A DNA stretch of 64,000 nt from positions 57,846,001 to 57,910,000 of the forward strand of contig NC_042999.1 of the NCBI RefSeq assembly GCF_006345805.1, written 5' to 3'. This DNA is from Octopus sinensis. Taxonomy: Eukaryota. Below the pieces are notes generated by a model. It saw nothing but the letters and a program-made list of their open reading frames with translations. It was not told the origin of the DNA and did no database searches. The translations under genes were made by a program, and so were the position numbers. This document shows positions 25,758 to 36,983 of the stretch, piece by piece (positions within the stretch are counted from its first letter, which is position 1; the number at the start of each line of letters is the position of its first letter).

Positions 25758-26090
25758 GCCCTCGACTCGGACGAGACTACCCGCCGTACTTAAGCATATC
25801 GCTAAGCTGAGGAAAAGAAACCAGCCGGAATTCCCTAAGTAAGTAACGGCGAGTGAACCGGGAGAAGCCCAACGCCATATCTCGTCGGCCGAGCCGGTCG
25901 TCGAGAGCTGTGGCGCAAGGGTCGTACACGGTCGATCGTTTCGCCCGGCTAAGTTCGGAGTCCCCTCGATCGGGGCTGCTCAGAGCGGGTGCCAGGCCCA
26001 TTCGGAACCGGCGGCGATCGGCGGTGTTCATCGACCTCGAGAGTCGGGTTGCTTGGAAACGCAGCCCAAAGCGAGTGGTAGGCTCTTAGA
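25758..26090 (+). pseudogene. Orphan 28S (LSU) rRNA 5' fragment, D1 region
   Basis: acccgccgtacttaagcatatcgctaagctgaggaaaagaaacc, agtaacggcgagtgaa and gagtcgggttgcttggaaacgcagcccaaagcgagtggta match conserved LSU 5' blocks; no 5.8S, 18S or rest of 28S nearby. Confidence 0.88.
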
Positions 26091-26299
26091 AGGTCAAAAG
26101 AGCGCACTGAATAATAAAAAGACTTTTTTAAAATCTACTGCTCAAGTATGCCATTGCCGTTTCAAACCTTTAGCGCTTCATAGCATGAACAAATATGTGC
26201 GATTAAGTAATGATTGTAACGTACTCTCTACTGCAAATAATAAGTTTATGAAACATCTAAGATGTGAAAGACAAGGATGTGGTGGTGGGAGGTAACAAA

Positions 26300-26371
26300 T
26301 ACGTCGACTGAGAGTCGAAACCGGATCGACTGCTTGGAAGGTAACCATGCTAACCATTACACCACCAACGC
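26300..26371 (-). pseudogene. Decayed tRNA-Gly(TCC)
   Basis: 8 substitutions relative to the four identical copies, including acceptor and T-stem positions; no adjacent T-run terminator. Confidence 0.88.
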
Positions 26372-26719
26372 TTCATTGTCGATGACGATTGAATTTAATC
26401 TTAATTTACTCAAAAATACATCATGTTATTTTGAATGTTTTCGCTGTAATTAACTGTTTCTGCTTTTGTCAAACTTTGGCAAACGTTATGGCTTATGGCT
26501 TATATAAGTATAAGTATGAATGTGTGTGTGTGTGTGTGTGTGTGTGTATGCGTTTTAGAAGATTGGGTGCGCGCGCATCTGTGAATGTGTGTGTGTTCAA
26601 GTAGCCTACTGTATGTTCTCAATACTCTTTATTATAATATGTATGCGCCGTGACCAATATACAAAGAAATATTCTTAAAACAGTAGCTTCTTCTTTTTCT
26701 TCTGCTGGATTTTTCAGTT

Positions 26720-27161
26720 TGTTTAAGAACCTTTTACACCTGATGTCTTCGTAGACAACATTTCTGACTGCTCTTTCTGACACGTGGAGATCTTTTGCAA
26801 TTCACCTCATGGATTTTCTGAGATTGCAATGAATGGTCTGTTGCTGGATAAATTCAAGTGTTCTGATGATTTCAGAGCGTTTAGAATGCTCTTTATTCTT
26901 TGATACTGGTTATACGCTTCCATCTTCAGTCTCTAACTCCTTACAAACTTTGTATACGAAAGATGTGGCAACTTTTAAAAATCACGATATTTCTAAAATC
27001 ACCCAGCCTTTATAACCACAATAATAGCATGCCTATTCGTTTCTTGAGTAAGCTGAAGGTCTGCCATTATTATTTTCTGAAACAAAGATTATACAGAGTG
27101 AGCAAAAAATGCAGCAATGACCCAAAAATGGTATGTCCTCAAATACCTTACGCACCTTGTA
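26720..27161 (-). mobile_element. Tc1/mariner (maT/DD37D-like) 5' remnant
   Basis: One frame with 3 stops: FLKVATSFVYKVCKELETEDG...RKSMR*IAKDLHVSERAVRNVVYEDIRCK (HTH region). TIR-like tacaaggtgcg at about 27151-27161. Confidence 0.7.
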
Positions 27162-27355
27162 TAATGTTTGCATAACGAAATACGGTGTCCAATGATGTAC
27201 GAACATTTAGTGATATGGAGGAATACACACATACATGCATTATCAAACTCCGTTGCGGGAAAGAAAAAAATTGTGTAATGAATGTAGAGTAGTGTCTATT
27301 CTATACAGCTCTATCTAGTAAATATATTTATAAAAGAAAAAAAAAACGAAAGTGA

Positions 27356-27427
27356 TGCGTCGGCCGGGAGTCGAACCCGGATCGACTGCTTGGAAGGCAA
27401 CCATGCTAACCGTTACACCACCGACGC
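27356..27427 (-). tRNA. tRNA-Gly(TCC), identical copy
   Basis: Exact match; A-run terminator on + at about 27337-27346. Confidence 0.97.
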
Positions 27428-27849
27428 CACACATTAAACTTGCTGCAATTTAATCTTAATTTACTCAGAAATACTTTATGTCAGTAGAACTTTCAATTAT
27501 GAAATATTTTTGCTGAAATCAGCTTTTCCACTTTCGCCAAACTTGTGCGAAAATTATGACATACATAAACATATGTGTGTACACACACCTACATACATAC
27601 ATACACAAATGTGTGCGTTGCGTGTGTTTGTCAGTGTCTGTGTCTGTGCCTCTCTGTGTGTGTGTGTGTATGTACTAGCGTGCCTCCCGGCCTTCAACCC
27701 GGTCTGTACGGTGCTGAAATGTATTAATAAGGCACATATTGGCATCTATCGTAATACCCATTTTCCTTAGAATAAAATTCGTTAAAAAGTACTTAAATAT
27801 TGCATAACATAATTTTAAAAATTTATTTAAATATCTAAATATAGGAAGT

Positions 27850-28594
27850 GGGTCTTTTCCTTTTGAACATAATTTCTAGGTAACTAAAAAGTTTTAAACT
27901 TCGTATACTGGTAGAATGTGTTTATAAACATCATTTTCTCTTGGCTTTATTGAGAAAATTCTTTGGTTGTAACATATTTCGTCTTTAATTTCTTGCATTT
28001 CGGCAATTTTAACCAATCACTGGCGTCCATTTAGGTAAACAACATTCTGTGCCGCATGAATATGTCCCTCCTTTAAGAAACAGATTGGGTTTATTTACAT
28101 TTGTGAAGAAAAAAAGATACCCTTCCCCCACACCTAACCCTAACCCTAACCCTAACTAACCCTAACTCTAACCCTAAATCTAAGTTTTATATAGCGGTGT
28201 CGTATGAAATTGTCACCCATAATTATAACCCTAGTATCGATCTATTGCATTTCAATCTATTTTAGATTTAGGGTTAGAGTTAGGGTTAGGGTTAGGCGTG
28301 GGGGAAGGATATCTTTTTTTCTTCACAAATGTAAATAAACCCAATCTGTTTCTTAAAGGAGGGACATATTCATGCGGCACAGAATGTTGTTTACCTAAAT
28401 GGACGCCAGTGATTGGTTAAAATTGCCGAAATGCAAGAAATTAAAGACGAAATATGTTACAACCTATAGAATTTTCTCAATAAAGCCAAGAGAAAATGAT
28501 GTTTTATAAACACATTCTACCAGTATACGAAGTTTAAAACTTTTTAGTTACCTAGAAATTATGTTACAAACTGCCGTTCAAAAGGAAAAGATCC
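27850..28594. mobile_element. Foldback DNA element (745 bp), 8-bp TSD, telomere-like internal repeats
   Basis: TSD taggaagt at 27842-49 and 28595-602; termini GG..CC; near-perfect arms 27850-28183 and 28262-28594 around a 78-bp spacer; (ccctaa)n and (ttaggg)n at the inner arm ends. Confidence 0.92.
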
Positions 28595-28979
28595 TAGGAA
28601 GTTCTATAGATAATGACAGAGAAATATGTTATACGAAAATTTTAAAACATTTACGGAACTTCAGTATATACAATGTTTGTGACTTTTTTCTTTGGAACAT
28701 ATATAAAGAGTATCAGTGGGTATCCTATTCCGGAACAACCTACATATAATTGACCATGTGGGAAACAGCCTTCTTCTAGATGGAGACTGGCAACCTGCTG
28801 TGTTTGACCTTGGGACTTGTTAATTGCAATCATTTGAAACGAAAGGGGACATCTGTTGGTATTAGTCGTATTCTAGATATAAATACAATGTCTCCTTTAC
28901 TACATCCAGTGAGGATTTTTGCTTCGATTATGTGAGGCTGTAGTTCAGTCACAACCATACGTGTACCATTGCACAATTT

Positions 28980-29388
28980 TATTTCTTTATTGCCAACAAG
29001 GGGTTAAACATAGAGGGGACAGACAAGGACAGACAAACGGATTAAGTCGATTATATCGACCCCAGTGCGTAACTGGTACTTATTTAATCGACCCCGAAAG
29101 GATGAAAGGCAAAATCGACCTCGGCGGAATTTGAACTCAGAACGTAACGGCAGACGAAATACCTATTTCTTTACTACCCACAAAGGGCTAAACACAGAGA
29201 GGACAAACAAGGACAGACAAACGGATTAAGTCGATTGTATCGACCCCAGTGCGTAACTGGTACTTATTTAATCGACCCCGAAAGGATGAAAGGCAAAATC
29301 GACCTCGGTGGAATTTGAACTCTGAACGTAACGACAGACGAAATACCGCTAAGCATTTCGCCCGGCGTGCTAACGTTTCTGCCAGCTC
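28980..29388 (-). mobile_element. SINE family B dimer (head-body-tail + body-tail)
   Basis: Two consecutive bodies; junction gaaatacc|tatttcttta at 29163/29164. Confidence 0.88.
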
Positions 29389-29390
29389 TT

Positions 29391-29511
29391 GCACAATTTT
29401 GGCTGATCCAGGTTTCTGAGAAGCAGGATGACTGCGCCCTTCTTCAATTCGTTGCAGACTATTGAGGAATGCGACAGGATAATGAACAGCGTCGTCCTCA
29501 TCGACAACTTG
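29391..29511 (-). mobile_element. Helitron PIF1-type helicase remnant
   Basis: QVVDEDDAVHYPVAFLNSL, then after a frameshift LKKGAVILLLRNLDQPKLC, matching the Helitron YPxEFLNSL...LLRNLxxxxLCNGT motifs. Confidence 0.8.
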
Positions 29512-29884
29512 TTTTTTTTTTTTTTTTGTCCCTAACCCCTTTGCTATATAGCTCTCGTATTTTTTCTCTAGAGGAAAAAAGCGGTAGAGGTAGTGAGAGA
29601 GAGAGACATATATACAACCTGAGAGAGAGAGAGCAGTGAGAGGTAGTGAGAGAGATAGAGACATAGTGAGGGACATATAGATAGAGAGAAAACGGAGGTC
29701 CGGCGTCTCGTTTTTTCTCTGTAACCACCTTTCTCTGTCTCTCATGTGTTTTTTCTCCACAGAAAAAAAAAAAGAGGTAGAGATCCGGCGGCGACTTCAA
29801 AGCAATAAATGTAATGTATAAAGTTAGAGAAAGCTGGAGGTGGATTGAATGAGAGGTGGAGTAATTTTTTCACTCTGTAAAAAG

Positions 29885-30995
29885 TATTACGGTGAAATAG
29901 ACAGTACGTGGATGGCTAAAAAAAATAGGAGCCACTACACCACCAATTCGCCCCGCCCCCTCCCCCGCCATTCTGTTTTCGGAAAATATGTGCATAGTTA
30001 TCTGCGGAATGATCAAATTAATTTAAATGACATGAAAAACCTGACACATCAATTATATTTAATGTTTTCAGCCGTCAAATTAGAAAGAAACAAACTGCTT
30101 TTTATATTTAGTGTTTTCAGCGGTCAACGTATAAACAACAAACTTAGCTGTTTATGGGGATATATATAGATATTACGGTGAAATAGGGAGTACGTGGATT
30201 ACAAGAAATAGGTTTCAATACACCATCAACTCACCCACACCCCATCCGTTTTTGGAAAATAAGTGTACAGTTATAAGTGTACAGGCGCAGGAGTGGCTGT
30301 GTGGTAAGTAGCTTGATTACCAACCACATGGTTCCGGGTTCAGTCCCACTGCGTGGCACCTTGGGCAAGTGTCTTCTACTATAGCCTCGGGCCGACCAAA
30401 GCCTTGTGAGTGGATTTGGTAGACGGAAACTGAAAGAAGCCCGTCATATATATGTATATATATATATGTTTGTGTGTCTGTGTTTGTCCCCCTAGTATTG
30501 CTTGACAACCGATGCTGGTGTGTTTATGTCCCCGTCACTTAGCGGTTCGGCAAAAGAACCGATAGAATAAGTACTGGGCTTACAAAGAATAAGTCCCGGG
30601 TCGAGTTGCTCGATTAAAGGTGGTGCTCCAGCATGGCCGCAGTCAAATGACTGAAACAAGTAAAAGAATAAAAGAGAGAGTTATCTGCGGAATGGTCAAA
30701 TTAATGTAAATGGCATGAAAAGCTTGAAATTTTATTAGTGTTTTCAGTGGTCAACGTACAAAGAAACAAACAAACTGCTTGTTAAAAAGATAGAGAAAAT
30801 AAGGATATATAGATATTACAGTAAAACAGAGAGTACGCGAAATACTAGAAATAGGAGCTAATACACCATAAACTCGCTTCCCCCAATCCGTTTTCGGAAA
30901 ATATGTGCACAGTTATCTGCGGAATAGTCAAATCCATGTAAATGATATGAAAAGCCCGAAATATTATCAATTTTATTTAGTGTTTTCAACGGTGT
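29885..30995 (+). repeat. Degenerate tandem repeat, unit about 230-275 bp, about 3.5 copies, interrupted by a SINE
   Basis: The anchor gtgca(c/t)agttatctgcggaa recurs at about 29990, 30263/30679 and 30906; gatatatagatattac recurs at about 30160 and 30804. Confidence 0.8.
30283..30678 (+). mobile_element. SINE family A, full length
   Basis: Head to tail; agttat on both sides (30269-74 and 30679-84). Confidence 0.93.
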
Positions 30996-31050
<55 letters not shown>

Positions 31051-31120
31051 GTACGATGACTAGTAGGGACACCGTATTTCGTTATGCAGCCATATTCCAC
31101 AAAGTTTATTAAACGTTTTT

Positions 31121-31526
31121 GTAGGAGTGGCTGTGTAGTAAGTAGCTTGCTTACGAACCACATGGTTCCGGGTTCAGTCCACTTGCGTGGCACCTTGGAC
31201 ATGTGTCTTCTACTATAGCCTCGGTCCGACCAAAGCTTTGTGAGTGGATTTGGTAGACGGAAACTGAAACAAGCCCGTCGTGTATATGTATATATGTGTG
31301 TGTATATGTTTGTGTGTCTGTGTTTGACCCCCCACCCCAACATCGCTTGACAACCGATGCTGGTGTGTTTACGTCCCCGTAACTTAGCGGTTCGGCAAAA
31401 GAGATCGAAAGAATAAGTACTAAGCTTACAAAGTCCTGGGGTCGATTTGCTCGACTAAAGGCGGTGCTCCAGCACGGCCACAGTCAAATGACTGAAACAA
31501 ATAAAAGAGTAAAAGGGTAAAAAGAG
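31121..31526 (+). mobile_element. SINE family A
   Basis: Head to tail present. Confidence 0.9.
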
Positions 31527-31917
31527 CACTGAGCCATATTTCAGGAGTTTTGATCCTTCCTCAGTACCCATCCAACCCATTAATCATCCACGTACTCATT
31601 GCTTAGATAGCCACTAAATATAGCGGAGAAATGTTATTGGATATACCAATTTTACATATTAAACATATTTCTAGACACTGGTACGTAAATATTACTTTTG
31701 AATAACGAAATACGGTATGCAATGACGTACGAAGATTTAGTGATATGGGGGACATACACACACACACACACACACACACACGTACGTGCGTACATATCAT
31801 ATCATATCCCATACCGTAAAAATTGCGTAATGAACGTAGAGTACTGTCTACTCTATACAGTTCTGTATAACAAATATGTTTATAAAAATGAGCGGGGAAG
31901 AAAAAAAGTGATAGTGA

Positions 31918-31989
31918 TGCGTCGGCCGGGAGTCGAACCCGGATCGACTGCTTGGAAGGCAACCATGCTAACCGTTACACCACCGACGC
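31918..31989 (-). tRNA. tRNA-Gly(TCC), identical copy
   Basis: Exact match; A7 on + at about 31901-31907. Confidence 0.97.
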
Positions 31990-32261
31990 CTCATATGCTC
32001 CCTACGTGAATTTAAACCTAATCTACACCAAAAACTTTATAAAACTAGACCTTTCAGTTACTTTAATGTTTTGCTGAAATCAGCATTTTTACTCATAAGA
32101 AAATCTTCGCGAAGTTTACGAAACATATATGCAAACGCGCGCGCGTGTTTATATGTATGTATATATGTATATAATACACACATATGTATCTTCACATCAC
32201 TCAATGCTATTTATTATATTTTAACGTCCTTAAATTATAATAAACTATATTTATATAATTT

Positions 32262-32553
32262 GGTTGTGTGGTAAGTAGCTTGCTTACCAACTGCATGGCT
32301 CCGGGTTCAGTCCCACTGCGTGGCACTTTGGGCAAGTGTCTTCTACTATAGCCTCGGGCCGACCAAAGCTTTGTGAGTGGTAGACGAAAACTGAGAGAAG
32401 CCCATTGTATATATGTGTGTGTGTTTGTGTGTCTGTGTTTGTCCCCCCATCTCTTGACAACCGATGCTGGTGTGTTTACGTCCCCGTTCGGCAAAAGAAA
32501 CCGTCGATTTGCTCCATACATGGCCACAGACAAATGACTCAAACAAGTAAAAG
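32262..32553 (+). mobile_element. SINE family A with internal deletions
   Basis: Head, CORE-like box and shortened tail. Confidence 0.85.
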
Positions 32554-32739
32554 TGTAAATAAATAAATAAATAAATAAATAAAAGGATATAATGTTTATT
32601 TATTTATTTATTCACGAATTGACATACTCTAAATTGCGCCTCTGTTGATGGTGAGTGACTCTTATTGATTTGGGGTCAGTTTAATCTCCTATTCCCTTCC
32701 CCTACATATATGACTTTTACCTGTGTGAGAAATAATTAT

Positions 32740-32803
32740 AATAATGATGATAACGATGATACTTCTCTTTGTAGTGGAATGATGGGAATGATGATGATGA
32801 TGG

Positions 32804-32878
<75 letters not shown>

Positions 32879-32880
32879 CG

Positions 32881-32912
<32 letters not shown>

Positions 32913-32960
32913 AGTGAGGGGTAGGGGGCCTGATGTGGTGGTGCTGGTGCTTTCGGCGGC
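32740..32960. repeat. Compound (GAT)n/(GGT)n/(GGC)n tract
   Basis: Directly visible. Confidence 0.9.
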
Positions 32961-33499
32961 TGGGAGCTGCCTTGTTATCTTATTGGCGTTTAACCCAAGT
33001 CGGTCCTGTATGAGCAAAGGTGTTCCAGCAATTTACTTTAATGTTTTTTTTTGTTTTTTTTTTTATTTTCTAGACAATATCATCCGGTGCATTCTTCTTT
33101 TTTTTTTAATGATGATGGCAGAGTGTTATCCGAGGGAGATTTAGTTGCTAATTCTTACCATGCTGAGTGACCACACGAGGTTCCCTTTTTAGTTCCATTG
33201 TGGTGGTGGTGGTGGGTGTTTTTTGTGTGCCCATCTTTCCATGCTTTTCGGATGCAAGTCGGCGAGACTTGCTCTGAATGCTCTAATGTTTTCAGTGAAT
33301 TTTCCTGTTGCTTCGGACTCTCGGCAAAGAACACCCTCAAAAAACACGTAAGGGCCATAACAACTGGAAGGTGGGCACGTTACCGGGCACCAGACGTTGC
33401 CCGATACACCCGCATGTAGTCAGTAGAACGACTTGGCGCTACCCACAGAATCATCGTCTCGGTTACACCACGTCCCTGCCTAGATGATGATGATGATGC

Positions 33500-33800
33500 T
33501 GTAAAACTGGCACTACGTCGGTTAGGGGGACAAGGGTTCCAGTTGATCCGATCAACAGAACAGCTTGCTCGTGAAACTAACGTGCATGTGGCTGAGCACT
33601 CCACAGGCACGTGTACCCTTCACGTAGTTCTCAAGAAGATTCAGCGTGACACCACAGGCTGGCCCTTTGAAATACAGGCACCACTCATTTTTGCCGGCTG
33701 AGTGGAATGGAGCAACGTGAAAATAAAGTGTCCTGCTCGAGGACACAACGAGTCGCCGAGAATTGAACTCACAACCTTATGATTGTGATCCATATACCCT
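33500..33800 (-). mobile_element. SINE: C-type head/CORE-like box + tail Y
   Basis: Minus strand gttgtgtcctcgagcaggacactttatttcacgttgctccattccactcagccggcaaaaatgagt, then cctgtatttcaaagggcc...gtgctcagccac as in 50650-50830. Confidence 0.8.
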
Positions 33801-33909
33801 AACCACTAAGTTACGTGCCTTCGCGGACGATGCTGTACACTAATGATATTCAACCATTCTTTGTTTACTATTTTATTCTGGTGGACCCCCATAGCCATTC
33901 GATGTTTAA

Positions 33910-34533
33910 CCCCTTACCCAACAATTATTTTGAAAATAAATGTATTTTTTCAGACATATTTTTTAATTGTTTTGTTTTACTATGTTTTCAATGGTGATTT
34001 CGAGGTATATTTCAAACCTTATTTATTATGAATTTTAATTCAATAATATTGCCAGTCTCTTGCATCTACCTCATCCTCATCTTCAGTTTCTTCACTTGAA
34101 TAAAACTCTTCTGACGAACTTTCACTCTCATCAGATGTATCCAACCCTCCAAGAGAAGCTTCATAATCGCTATCATCATCAGAGCTCGACATGGTGGGGT
34201 TATAATATAAAGGTATAAAGAAAAACAACGTAAAAACAAAGTGAATACTTCTATTCATAAAATGTGCCTTCCAACCCTTCGACTGTCTCCAGGTGACTAA
34301 ATCATACTCGGTCTTCAATGCCTCACTCAAGCGAAAGGTGGCAGAAATCGTCACTGCCAGACGTATAAAGTGAGCGAATATACTCGTATATGTCAAAAAA
34401 GAGTTTATAATAGACAAAGGAACTCGTTTGCTGTCGATTTTGGCGAGTCTATCTTTTGACGAGTTAACTCGCCAGAGATAGAAAAAAACGATTTCGGTCA
34501 AAACGCATATATTCGTTTCTGCCGGGTAAGGGG
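33910..34533 (-). mobile_element. Internally deleted piggyBac (624 bp)
   Basis: TTAA TSDs at 33906-09 and 34534-37; termini ccccttaccc / gggtaagggg; acidic N-terminal remnant MSSSDDDSDYEASL...EDEVDARDW. Confidence 0.85.
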
Positions 34534-34705
34534 TTAAAAACTAATTTTATACATTTCAAGATTTAAAATTCTTACGTTGCTTTTCTTACATTAACTTGTG
34601 TAGGTTGAATTATGTAAAATGTTAAAGAGAGAATTTGTTTCTTGCAAGAGATACAGTTAAATCAAAACTTAAATGGAACCTTAAAATGCTACTGTGGATC
34701 TCCGG

Positions 34706-34905
34706 TATACTATTTCTTTACTACCCACAAGGGGCTAAACACAGAGGGGACAAACGGATTAAGTCAATTATATTGACCCCAGTGCGTAACTGGTACTTAT
34801 TTAATCGACCCCGAAAGGATGAAAGGCAAATTTGAACTCAGAACGTAACCGCAGACGAAATACTACTAAGCTCTTCGCCCGGCGTGCTAACGATTCTACC
34901 AGCTC
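34706..34905 (-). mobile_element. SINE family B monomer
   Basis: Same body and tail as 29164-29388, without the second unit. Confidence 0.8.
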
Positions 34906-35751
34906 GCATTGCTAACGTGAACCTCTAATAATCATGTATGGACCCAGGTTGAGAGCCACTGCTGTACACTAACAAATAGTCATGAATAATGAATATAGTA
35001 AGCAATATTCATTATTCATGAATAAAGTGTGACAGTTTAGACATAACTGCACCTTATCCAGAGTTCAGTTTATCTCTGTACTCACGGAAATTCTGTTGTT
35101 AGCTGCAGATGAAATGGTAGGCACGGGTAGAACGCGACAGTTGCTATTCTTCTACACTTAATGTCGATAGTGTACATCCTCGTAGACTATTTGGAGCTGG
35201 TAAAGCATTTGATATTGCAGTTATTTCTGTATGCATGTTATTTGTACTTGCTCAGATGAATGGGCGAGATAACACTTTTCTTACAGTGGTTTGGGATGTT
35301 ATATATGCGTTTAGATATTCGAAGGTGGTGTTTCATGTCGTGTCAAGCGTTGGAGACGGTGGAATGATGCTGGCTGCGGCAACAGACTGTGACCCTTACA
35401 TGTTCAGGTAGCTTTTCTTTTTAATGTTTTATTTCGTAAGTAGTTTGCGAATGTCGTCTCTGTATAACCGGCGAAAATGTGTAAAACCTCGTTTTCCATA
35501 TTTTGTAGTTTGCGAAACGCAGATAAGTGTGAAATAAACTTTGATTGTATCTTCAATATCATTTGTTTTACACCATTGTTGTACCTTTCCGTTTGACTGA
35601 ATGTGGTACCTGTGGTTGCTCTAAGCATTTTCGTGTTCCGGTTTTGTTTTCTTGACAATGTTTTCTATAAGTATTTCTATAAGATGTTGCAACTTCTAGG
35701 ATTTTTAATGTTTGTCGTGTGTGTGTGTGTGTATATATATGTGTGTGTGTG

Positions 35752-35812
<61 letters not shown>

Positions 35813-35829
35813 ATGCGCGTGCGTGTGTA

Positions 35830-36300
35830 TGTGTGTTGTTGAGGCTGATAGCTGTTTGTATTTCATGTTTACTGATGATACTGATAAATAAGAAGACAGT
35901 CGATTCTTTAAGTCTGTTGTTTTGGAGCCAGGTTTCTAGGTGATTGATGAAAGGTTGGAATAGTTATACAGCAGTATTTAGACATTAGTGGGTGGATGTG
36001 AGTGCGATGTCGCAGTATATCAGACTGTGAGTATGCTTAAGAGAATATGTGTTTGCACTAAGAATATGTGTATGCTTTGAGAATTTACGTACGTTTTGAA
36101 GGTGTGGAAAGATCGTTTAGATATAGGTTGAAGAAAGTGGGGTGGAAGAATGAACAGGAAGATAGAAAGTTATGGGAGTGTTGTTTTTGTATACATAAAC
36201 TTGGCGGTCTGACAAGATAGTTCGCCAGCCATAGTTTTATGCTACTTTTTAAGAAGGTGTTGATTATTTTGTGTAAATGGACGGGTAGCGGGTAATGGGG
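35830..36300 (-). mobile_element. Decayed LINE RT fragment (clade uncertain)
   Basis: IKLWLANYL, PTFFNLYLNDLSTP and HLETWLQNNRLK occur in RT order. Confidence 0.6.
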
Positions 36301-36896
36301 TCGCGAGCATTTCTGATAGCGATGATAGTCTGAACTGTGGTGTGTAGTCCTCTGGAAGACGGCCAGTTGGTAGAGCCGTTATATCGTGGGATAGAATGTC
36401 TCGTGGTATTTGTTCCTATTCTCTGCCCTCTGAGTTTAAATCTTGCCACGGTCAACTTTATTCTTCCATTCTTTCTATGTCGGTAATAAAGCATTAATCC
36501 AAGACAGTTGACGGCAAAAGTTGTTAGAGGGTCGAGCCAGATACCTTGTGACATTGGCTCTTCGCAGTTTGGCAGCGATGCCTGTGATCGCACTGATACC
36601 AAGCTGTATCGACCCAAGTCGGCGGCCGTGTATGTGTACATATATATATAGAAATGAAGGTGGCTATAAGCAATATAAAACCAAAACGGAAGAAGTCAAT
36701 TGTCACTAACTGACTGACAGTACAGAGTAGCACCCACATTGCTCGAAATAAGGAATAAAATCCCTCTTGGCTGCAAAGAAACACAAGTCTATGACAGGGA
36801 AGCGAACCGTTCCACAGCCTGCGAGATCATCATACTAGAATTCTAGTTTCTCTTGAAATTAAAGCTCTTCAGCGATGATTATTCCGTCTCTGAATG

Positions 36897-36983
<87 letters not shown>

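Noticed and set aside
28134-28296. Interstitial telomere repeats as a chromosome-fusion scar
   Set aside because: The orientation is (CCCTAA)n then (TTAGGG)n, opposite to a fusion, and the tracts are inside a TSD-flanked foldback element.
28600-28760. CDFFLWNIYKE, similar to the Tc1 DFFLWG motif
   Set aside because: Single short match with no second motif or convincing TIR.
29885-30995. Regularly spaced repeats as a CRISPR-like array
   Set aside because: The units are long degenerate tandem copies without unique spacers; no cas genes; eukaryotic context.
35400-35600. RLYRDD as a Penelope RT motif
   Set aside because: Isolated hexapeptide; neighbouring RT motifs not found.
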